64,000 nt of DNA from Octopus sinensis (taxonomy: Eukaryota), in assembly GCF_006345805.1 (NCBI RefSeq), contig NC_043012.1, positions 51,522,001 to 51,586,000 on the forward strand, written 5' to 3'. The position numbers and the translations under genes were made by a program. Below, piece by piece: positions 53,931 to 64,000 of this stretch (position 1 is its first letter; each line of letters begins with the position of its first letter). The notes under the pieces are model-generated. The model was not told the origin of the DNA. It did no database searches and saw nothing but the letters and a program-made list of their open reading frames with translations.

Positions 53931-56900
53931 CAAGTGTGTGCTTTTGTACGTGTATGCGTGAGAGAGAGAGAGAGAGAGAGAGAGAGTGAGAGACAGTGTA
54001 GGCATGTATATATTTAAAACCAGTTACATTTCACTTAATATTTTTTGTGATAGATGTGATTATTCGAGTGTTTTCTCATTTGCATGTTAGATATTATTTG
54101 TAAAGTTTATTATTTTAGATATTGTTGCAGACGAACGAATATTCATTATCTCAGTATTAAGTTTGATAACAATAAATCGAACTTTTATTCCACAAATAAT
54201 GTGGATTAGGCTTAAATGAGCTTGAATGCATAAATGTCCTACGACAGAATACGAACTCATAACTCGCTTAATTAAATACCAAAACTTGATTCACTTATAA
54301 CTGAAACACCTCAGAGACATTTCTCATTATATGTGTGACATATCACACCAGTTATTCATTTATATATGTGATGCTTCACACTAGTTAAATTACAGCATAT
54401 TGAATTTGTTGGACTCAAAGTATTTCACAAAAACAAAATTAAAATTCTCATCCTTCAAACAGAACGAGGAATATTAATATTTGAAAACGCCAACATTATT
54501 GCTCAGCCTTGTACTATGAAAACGGATGCCTCATACAAACATGCAGGACAATTTAGTTGGACATTGTACATTTAAATTGTTAATAATCCTCCGGACTGTT
54601 TTAATTACCTGCAAAATTCCAACTGTATTTATCCTCCCTAGAAGATATTTTTTTATTAAAAAATGCACTTTGAGAAACAAATTCTGGAGCGTTTCTTTCT
54701 TTCTGTGCAATTTTATGGAAAGAAGGGACAAATGATTGGAGCCAAACAATGGCAATTAGTGAACTATTCATCAATACCAAAGTGACAAGCCATTACAATT
54801 TTAATTAATTACCGAATATAATTGCTTAAGCTTCTCTTTCTAGCACATTTTCTCATCTTAAATGTTGACTCATTATTAATTGATTGATGACAAAATTTTA
54901 GAACACTGGAAGCAATGTGTGATACTATGCATATCTTCCTTTGGTTTCTTCTCAATTATGAAAATTATTATTTATATATAACCGTTGCTCATAACATTCA
55001 CCAGACACAGCTAATTTCACTTATGAATTTTCAAATAGAATTATTTTCTCTAACTTGACATCTTTACATTAAGTCAAAGCAAACAATTTTTTTAATTTTT
55101 TCTAGCTCGTATTGCGTCTCCATAGAAGTACTAATTTACAATGCTGATAAGCTAATCAACTGAAAATAATCTCTAAAATTGTGAACAGAATATTAAAGAT
55201 CAGAAATAAACCGGAAAATAAATAACATGAATGCTAAATATTTTTATATAGTTTGAAGATTGAAATATAATACGTTTTCAAATAGATACAGTGAGGTAAT
55301 ATCTTGAAACATATGGAGTTTGAACAGCAAAGTTAGAGTTAACATTAGTAATGATAGGAACATTGAAAATCCTACTTGAAATTAATATGCTCAGAGGATA
55401 AATGAATAGATATCAATAGCTAATATTATTTTAATTATTTCAGCAATCATGAGAAAAAATTTCATTAATAAATCATACTCGTTACAGTAATTGCCAAAAT
55501 TGATGTACGAATCATTGAGCAAATGTGCGTTAATATATATTTGATAGTTTAGACAAATTGAATTGCTTAGGGAATAAATAACTTGTGGATACCATACAGA
55601 TAAAATAACGACGGCTTAGTCGGTTCTCATATAGTTAATAATAGGAGCGTTGAAAAACCAAGTAGTTTACGCAATATATATTTCCTGGACGACCTATGAT
55701 TCAACATACATTTGTGATGTAACCCAGAGTAATTAGATATGTTAGGTCTATCAACATCGGGCATTTCACTCTCGCGATAAGAATCAGATAAGATCAGAAT
55801 TCGACTTGCATTCTAGAAAGAACGATTTTTGGTTCAGTCCTCCAAATCATTCAGCTACCACTAGGTTTTCCAGCTTTGCTTGCAGATTGCATGGTCTTCG
55901 CCTCTCATTGTATGCTCAGTCGATTGACGGTGTCGCAGCGTAATAATCCTTATTCGCTTCCACATACCGTAATATAATAATTATGATCAACTAAATTTAT
56001 GTGAGAGGGGGAACGTTGGCGTAAAGAAAAAATAGACGTGTAATAAGCGTTTCTCATTGCTTCGCTTCATACAAGTATTTAAATACATCTGAATTTCAAT
56101 AATTCATATTATACCCTGATATTTTATCATTAATAAACTGATAACATATTTTGTTTGCTTTTGTTATGTCGAACTGTTTAAGCGAAGAAAACAATATGAT
56201 TACTTACATAGGCACAAAGCCAGAAATTTTGATCGAAGATATAAACCGATTACATTGAATTCGGCTTTTGACTAGTGTTTATTTTATTGACTCCAAAGTT
56301 GATAATATATGAAGCGGTAGATCAGCGTCATCAATTTTGCCTTTACCGAAGTTTAAAATACACAATGCAAAATTTATAGTCTGTCCTATTACATTATGTT
56401 GGTCATGTGTACAAAAGCAATAACGACTATATGTTTTGTATTATCTGGTGTCTTGTATTATGTTCAGTTCTATATACTATATGAATGAATGCCTAACAAT
56501 TATAGGAAGTTAGAGAGATAGATGATATTTTTTTCAGTTTATAAACTGAAAAAAATATTGCAGAAGAAATTCCTAAGTTCTCGGGTAAAAATGAAGTTTG
56601 TAGGAATTAGAAACAAAAAAGGAGTCTAAAAGAAGACGAAAAAATGGAGAAATATCACACACCGGGTGATATTGCAAAACTTAGGGGCATTTACAGCTTG
56701 AAATATAAGAGCTGTCGGCATTTTTGAGTAAGGCAAACTTTAGTAAGGCAAACATAATAGATGCAACTCTCTCGTTCCTCACTGAATTGTGTAACTTCAT
56801 TTTTATCTTTGAGAATCTACATATATTTCGATTAGGCTATAGAAATGCATTTTCTATAAACAAATTTCTAGCTTATATTGAGTGCATGATTTAAGTGTCA

Positions 56901-57208
56901 AGAGTTAAAATAAGGTATAATTCAATAATTCAGCATTGATAATCTAATATACGTAATATATACAACAGAATCTATACATTAATGCACCAGGTGTGTTATA
57001 ATATATTTTTACTATAGGTTCCATAAGGCACACAAGTATTACAGTATCATAGAATGTCTAATTACGTTCCTTGATACCTTACAGCGGATATATTTGCATT
57101 TCTTACAGTACTAAGTAAGGTAAACTCACACATACATATATACAGACACAGACACATAGACACACATACATAGAAACCGACACACATAAAAATATATATG
57201 CGTAAATG

Positions 57209-57318
<110 letters not shown>

Positions 57319-58049
57319 TATATATATGTATAAAGGGGGTTGTATGATTGTGTATAGAGAGATTTATATTATTCAAAGAAATTCCAACTCTGTTTTTTAT
57401 GTTTTATTTATAGTCTTTATAATATTAATGTAGAATATAGAATATATAGTATAAAAAGTATATATATCGTAGTAGTTTAATGAAATGAATTATTGATTGT
57501 CTTATTGAATAGATGAAATGTTGAATATCAAATATTAAGGGACTAGTAAACTTTCTTGCATTAAAGCAGTCTTCAAGGTCCCAGCTTGTGACAGGAGAAA
57601 CTTTCGTTTCGTTTCGTTTCTTCTTCTTCTCTAAGCTGGTTTTTATATATAATTATGACGCGAAACTCTATAACTCCTTATTCTCTCTTTCTTTCACCCT
57701 CTTTGGCTTCCTTCCTCTCTCTCTCTCTGTCTCTCTCTCTCTCTCTCTCACTCCTCCTCATCTCTCTCACAGCCGGGTCGACGAACTTATTTTCGCTTGC
57801 GGCCTTCTTCAAGTAAACATATACCTTCCTGCGCTCGTGAAAATGTTTTCCTCGTCTAAGCTTATAGGCCCTCATTTTTTGTTTTCCTGTCCTGTTTCTA
57901 TTCCTTCTTGTACTGTATTTTTTGTAATTGTATTTTTAATTTGTATTTTTTTTAATTGTATTGTTTTTACGTCCTGTTTTTGTCACATTTTTTTCCTTTT
58001 TTTCCTTGTTTTTACCCCTCTGCAAGGGCATTTTATTTAATTCTTTCGC

Positions 58050-58625
58050 AGGAAGGACAAGTTCGACGAGACGTGTTCTGACCTAACCTTCGAAACACGC
58101 TGGAGTTGAACTAGGGACAGCTGATGAAGGGTATGTTTCCTTGTGTAGTTGTCTTGTACTCTGTTTTTTCGTTGTTAAAAAAATGGTCCGTTCCATGCTG
58201 TTTTTACTTTTTCGTTTCTCGTTGAGTTCTACGTCTATATGTGGTGTCCTGTACACACGTATATATATTTATATATGCATGTCTATATACATGTAGATGT
58301 AGGTACGTACATATATGTTTGTATGTATGCATATATTTTATTTATTACACTATATATATATATATATATATATATACTGTCTGTGGAGATATATTTTTGC
58401 AGAAAGAAAAATAGTAGTCTTTTGGCTACTATTTCTAAAATCGTTCAGTATGTGGTCAAGCAATTTGTTGCAAAACCCTTATTGTTATAATTATATATAA
58501 AAAAAAAACCTTTTTGTTTACGTTTTTACCGAATATGGTCCTTTTCCATACCGAAAAACTACTAGGTGAAATTTGTTGATTTTATTAAATTAATTATCTT
58601 TCACCCTATATCTGTAATGATTATA
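58050..58625 (+). repeat. Old relative of the 35.5-37.1 kb unit (Penelope-like terminus)
   Basis: 58408-58610 (TTTGGCTACTATTTCT..GTTCAGTATGTGG..ATGGTCCTTTTCCATAC..GGTGAAATT..TTCACCCT) aligns by eye with 36418-36570; CTGATGA motif upstream at 58121. Confidence 0.65.
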
Positions 58626-59070
58626 TATATACTGCAGCAGGTCTTGCGTATTTCTTTCTTAATTTAGCTACACTGTAATATTCCTTTCTTTGCCTGATTT
58701 CCACGCATCTGCAAATAAAGAAAAATGCAGAATTCTTTTGACCGTAAATGCATTACTAATTAGAAGCATCTATTCTTTGATAAAAATTTCCATTAGCTTA
58801 ATTATATAAACACTAGATGTAAATATTTCCTCATTAGGGAATAATCCCTTAGCGATGTTTTCCAGGAAAGAGGAATTTTCAAATTTACTGGATTCTCTTC
58901 TCTTTTTCCTTGGTGATATGTGCTAGGTTGGTATCTATTAACATGCTTCGAAATTATAACCTCAATTTAATACTTCCATGCACAGCACGCCCATATATGT
59001 ACACACACACTTACACACAAACATTTATTGATAGATAGATCGATAGACAGATAACAAGCAGATATATATA

Positions 59071-59102
<32 letters not shown>

Positions 59103-59105
<3 letters not shown>

Positions 59106-59403
59106 GTTCCTTCTCGAGCCATGCCTGACTCATAAGGGCCGGTTTCCCGGCTTCTTGGCGTATAAGTTCCCCACCTGGACGGGACGCCGGTCCGTCGCAG
59201 GTGAGCTGCAAGATTCGGGAGGAAAGGGTGAGAGAAAGTTGTGGCGAAAGAGTCAGCAGATGTTCGCCATTACCTTCTGCCGGCGACGCGTGCAGCTTAG
59301 GTGTTTTCCCACATAAACACTCACATCACCCGGTCTGAGATTTGAACCCGCGATCCCTCGACCACGAGTCCGCTGCTCTAACCACTAGGCCATGTGCCTC
59401 CAC
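59103..59403 (-). mobile_element. tRNA-derived SINE (type B)
   Basis: Minus strand GTGGAGGCACATGGCCTAGTGGTTAGAGCAGCGGACTCGTGGTCGAGGGATCGCGGGTTCAAATCTCAGACCGGG; body CCGGCGTCCCGTCCAGGTGGGGA. Confidence 0.88.
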
Positions 59404-60777
59404 AAACATACAGATAGCTAGATAGATAGACAGACAGACAGGCAGACAGACAGACAGACAGATGGAGAGACGGACGGACTGACGGACGAATGCGCGGATG
59501 GATGGATGGAAGGTTATGTGAGTATGTGTGTTTTGGCAAAAATCATATGCAGTTTAATATAACTTAAGATGCAAATATATTTACTTAACAATCATCTAAA
59601 TTTTGAAATATTACATAATTCAAGATATTTAAACATGATTGTATATCTTTTAAATGTGTGCATGACCGCAAGTCATGCACACATTGGAAACTATACGTGT
59701 ATAGAGGCGATTGCAGACACAAATACTCACACATGTGATTGTATACATATGTGCAATAGTAAATATAAATACGCACATACACACATATATTCAATACATT
59801 CATATATGTATACATGCATATATACAGACATGCATACATACATATATATAGAGAGAGATGCACTCACACATATAGACATGCATGCATACACACGAGCTTG
59901 TATATGAATTACCCAATGTTGTGTCCTCCAAATTATGATGTATATATAGAGGTGACATCGTGATCTCTCTTAAAATGTTACAATGTCACATAGATAAAGA
60001 GAGAGAGAGAGAGAGGGAGGGAGAGATAAAGAGAGATAGAAAGAAGAGTGAGAGAGGTGGAGAAAGTGAGAACCATCACTATATTTAAATACATACTTAC
60101 TGAAATTAAAGATTATTTATTATATAAGAATCTTGAAAACAAAACAGATTTACATAAACTTTATACACAGATATTTTTCTGTGTTGTATTAAGCTGTTTT
60201 CGTTATTTTCAGCTGCCAGAGAAACGTATTTTAAGATACTCAATATAGTGGTAATTGTTTTCAGTAGAGATATTGAATATTTCAGATTATTTTGGATTTA
60301 GAATTCTTGTGAAATATTCTTTCATATGATTATCATTATTTTGAACAAGGAAAGATTTTTAATTTTCAATGGGCATAAATGTCTTGATTTTAGCTATATG
60401 GGGGAAGGCATCGGTAGATGAACTTCTACATCGTTACTCGCATACCTTAAGTCGATCTATTAATATTGAAGAATTAGGGTTGGATGAGAAAGAGATGAAA
60501 ACAAAGGGATATAGAGAATGGTACAAGGGAGATGAGGAGTAAAAGTAGGGAGATTAAAGAAAGAGAAAGCCAAGAAATATGAGAGAGAGAGGGCGGGAAA
60601 AGAAAAGAGGAAAGAAAGAAGAAAGCATGAGTGGGACTAAAAGAAAGAGCCGTACATACTTTTTAGATACATACTTCAATGTGCGCAAAATATATGTATA
60701 TATATATATCCCAAAAGTGGAACAAGGACGCAACAGACGACAATAGGATGAATGTGATAATGACATGTGTGTGTGCA

Positions 60778-60823
<46 letters not shown>

Positions 60824-60839
60824 CCGGAGTAAACACATA

Positions 60840-61220
60840 AATGTGAAACAAGGTGGAAAAAAGAGTTCCTACTTGTGCAGAGTCGCTCAAACTTTTACAA
60901 GGAGATATATATATATAGTAGAGTCCACTGTGATCCGTATGTAGGAGAGATGCAGCCGAAAGGTAAATATCCAAACGAATCCGTAAATGGTAGATAAAGT
61001 GTAGACAAAGAGTCCAGTGGAGATGTTCGTAGTGGTAAGAATTGACACGATCCTTTTTTCTCTCCTTTTTTCTCTCCTTGTTTTCTGTGTCCCTTTCTGT
61101 AGAAGAGCGTAGGCTCGAAATATAAAAGACGTTTTTATTCCTGAGCGTTATTCAAATACATTTGTTTGTTTTGTACACCACCTGTCTTCGTCTTTTTTTT
61201 CCGTAAACCCTCCCTATATA
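60840..61220 (+). repeat. Probable Penelope-like terminal fragment with variant hammerhead motif
   Basis: CTTT-CTGTAGA-A-GAG-CGTAGG-CTC-GAAA-TATA-AAAG at 61093-61128; flanked by (TA)n. Confidence 0.45.
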
Positions 61221-61265
61221 TATATATATAGCAAAAATTCACATAAGTGACAAGGATGTTACAGC

Positions 61266-61687
61266 CTACATATATACGTAGAAATTCCAGGGCCAAGTGA
61301 AATGCTTTTGTAAAACATAGGTAAATTAAGAAATGGAGTTAAACGCAGGTGTTATTCATATCTTCATACTTCCAACATATGTTTGGAAGAAAATATTAAT
61401 ATTGTTCCGGAGGGAATAAAATGATGTAAAACAATGCAGTCATCTCGTCAGGGAACGGAATGTGATTACCGCGTATATAGGTTTTGTTTCTCTTTTCTTC
61501 CCTGACAAGATGATTGCGTTGTTTTACATCATTTTATCCCCTCCGGAATAATATCAATGTGTTCTTCGAAACATATGTCGGAAGTATGAAGATATGAATA
61601 ACACCTGCGTTTAACTCCATTTCTTAATTTATATATGTTATACAAAATCATTTCACTTAGCCCAGCAATTTCTACCTTTATATGTAG
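61266..61687. mobile_element. Fold-back MITE (~190-bp arms, 42-bp spacer)
   Basis: Left arm 61266-61455 is the reverse complement of 61498-61687, e.g. AAGAAATGGAGTTAAACGCAGGTGTTATTCATATCTTCATACTTCC vs GGAAGTATGAAGATATGAATAACACCTGCGTTTAACTCCATTTCTT. Confidence 0.85.
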
Positions 61688-61800
61688 ACTGTATCATCCT
61701 TGGCACGTATGTGAAATTTTGCTACCCTGGTAATTATTTTTGTCTGTGTTATTTGTACACATGGAAAAATGCACATACATTTATATGTATGTGTGTGTGT

Positions 61801-62070
61801 GTGGAGGCGCAATGACCCGGTGATTAGGGCAGCGGACTCGAGTTCGTAGTATCGCGGTTTCGATTCCCAGACCGGGCTTTGTGTGTGTTTATTGAGCGAA
61901 AACACCTAATGCTCCACGAAGCTCCGGCAGTACTTCTTCTCTCACTCTTTCTTCTATTGGCCTGCTCGCTTAGTCAGCCGGGTGGCATCATTTGAAAGCT
62001 AAAACAATGCGAAGCGCATTGTTTACCAGTGATGTGTAGCAACATCTGATAGCCTGGTCGGTCACAGTGA
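61801..62070 (+). mobile_element. Type B SINE head with alternative 3' part
   Basis: GTGGAGGCGCAATGACCCGGTGATTAGGGCAGCGGACTCG...TTCGATTCCCAGACCGGG...GCGAAAACACCTAATGCTCCACG; the 3' half differs from the 8158 and 59103 copies. Confidence 0.8.
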
Positions 62071-62606
62071 TATATATATATATACGCACGTACACAAACA
62101 CATATACGATACCTTTTGTAAACGATAGAAAACGTACAATACTAGACTGCAGTGATAGCTTTGAGTGCAACCAAAACTACTATATATATATTTCGTTTGA
62201 CTGAAAAGTGAAAAACAGAACTGGTGTGTTTATTATTGCTAGATACTAATAAATCAGCATTTACCACCATAGAATCATTCATTAATTTGGAATTTATTTC
62301 GAGTTGATGTGCTTGAATGTTGGTTTTCCGCCTGTCATTATGTAGTTTGATGGTTTAGTAAACTCTGTTTAGTATTATGCTCTTCACAATCATGCATAAG
62401 CTCCGAATCTTCGATTTCTTTTCTGGTTTACACCTTTGGACGTTTGTGCAACTTATGTAAATATCTGCCTGTGTTTGCAAACTCCAAATATAATTCGATA
62501 GTTTTGTTATATATCCCATTCGTATGTATCTGAAAGGATATCTGGTTGACGTGGTAATAAAACCATACAACTTATTGTTACAATTGTGATTAGTATTATT
62601 GTTGTG

Positions 62607-62644
<38 letters not shown>

Positions 62645-63074
62645 GTCATTGTTATCACATAGATCCACACACACAAACGCATATATATACATATGTATAT
62701 GTGTGTGTGTATATATATATATATATATGTATGTAAGGAAAAATGTGATAATATATATGCGTGTGTGTGTGTGTGTGTCTATCACCTAAAATTTAGTTTT
62801 GTTTTCCATATTATGGTTTCGCCCCTGGTCAAACATAAGCGATCAGATATTTAATTAAATGCACTGCAGCTGTGATCTTCCCGCCTATTTATCCTCATGG
62901 AGAACTGAAGTATGTAGTGCGATTCTCCTCTTTTGAAAAAGGTAAGACTTTCGTTACTTGGTTACCTAACAGCTACGTCACATGGCGTAAAGAATCACAG
63001 AGACCGCAAGAAGCTGCTATTGAAACATTTTACAGTAGATTAGTAAGCTGATTATTTACAAGAATTGAAATAAT

Positions 63075-63240
63075 AGGCGCAGGAGTGGCTGTGTGGTAAA
63101 TAGCTTGCTTACTAACCACATGGTTCCGGGTTCTGTCCCACTGCGTGGAACCTTGGGCAGGTGTCTTCTACTATATCTTCGGGCCGACCAAAGCCTTGTG
63201 AGTGGATTTGGTAGACGGAAGCAGAAAGAAGCCCGTTGTA

Positions 63241-63300
<60 letters not shown>

Positions 63301-63522
63301 GTGTGTGTGTGTGTGTGTGTGTATTTGCGTGTCTGTGTTTGTCCCCCAACATCGCTTGACAACCGATGCTGGTGTATTTACGTCCCCGTAACTTAGCGGT
63401 TCGGCAAAGGGGTCCGATGGAGTAAGTACTAAGCTTAGAAAGAATAAGTCCTTGGGTCCATTTGCTCCAATATGGCCACAGTCAAATGATTGAAACATAA
63501 TAGTAAAAGAGTAACGAGTAAA
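63075..63522 (+). mobile_element. Type A SINE, near full length
   Basis: AGGCGCAGGAGTGGCTGTGTGGTAAATAGC...GGTTCTGTCCCACTGCGTGGAACCTTGGGCAGGTGTC...ATGGCCACAGTCAAATGATTGAAAC...GTAAAAGAGT. Confidence 0.9.
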
Positions 63523-63605
63523 ATAATCTGCATCGACTCTCGATTTGCGTTTACAATTTACACACACGCTCGCGAGTGTAAATATATACGTACGTACATG
63601 CTTGT

Positions 63606-64000
63606 ATAGAGGGTGCAGGGAATAAACTGTTGTTTAGATTATGCAAAAATGAAAGTAACATTGTCATCTCATTTTAACCGATATATATACCAAAGTTACA
63701 TAAACCTTTTAAAGTACTAAAGAGTAAATTTATTCAATAAAATTGCTATTGGCTTCGACCACGGTCTCCAGATGACTTAGGAATCTCCAGCACGGACGGT
63801 GTCCTTTTCTAAGCTGGCGAATGCTGCCATAATCCTTGTCTTCAATTCATATTTGGTGTTACAAGGAGTTTTGTTAGTCTCTCACTCAACTGCGCCACAC
63901 ACATAATTGTGAAGGGGTTGCAATCTGAGTAGTTAGGTGGCCAGATATTAGGGGTGATGTGATTACAGCCATGACTGGATTCTCCTACTTGTGTGGCATG
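63606..64000 (-). mobile_element. Tc1/mariner superfamily (maT/DD37D-like) transposase 3' end, runs off the window
   Basis: Minus strand ITPNIWPPNYSDCNP..VCGAVE*ETNKTPCNTKYELKTRIMAAF..LETVVEANSNFIE* matches the WPPxSPDxNPxDY C-terminus; probable terminus near TATAGAGGGTG. Confidence 0.8.

Overview
AT-rich, repeat-dense eukaryotic DNA. The extreme (TA)n/(CA)n/(GATA)n/(TACA)n microsatellite load and the tRNA-derived SINE families point to an octopus genome (inference from repeat content). I could not identify any host protein-coding exon with confidence. Most ORFs in the supplied track are microsatellite read-throughs (YI/HT/LS/VC runs). The window is dominated by transposon fossils: at least three SINE types; three 3' ends of a Tx1/L1-clade LINE packed into one (GATA)n tract; R4/Dong-like, HERO, RTE and CR1-like LINE fragments; a FLYWCH+MULE DNA transposon carrying nested insertions; mariner and maT-like (DD37D) elements; a fold-back MITE; and many Penelope-like (PLE) termini. 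Best candidate for an undescribed system: a young, near-identical ~563-bp non-coding unit at 35497-37132, repeated in tandem and then inverted, with three intact-looking type I hammerhead ribozymes (two on -, one on +). This is a retrozyme/PLE-like locus predicted to release a 563-nt self-cleaved monomer that could circularise. Second: a SINE that shares its 3' tail with the (GATA)n-associated Tx1 LINE, suggesting a microsatellite-targeted LINE/SINE pair. All coordinates were read by eye and boundaries are approximate unless stated.
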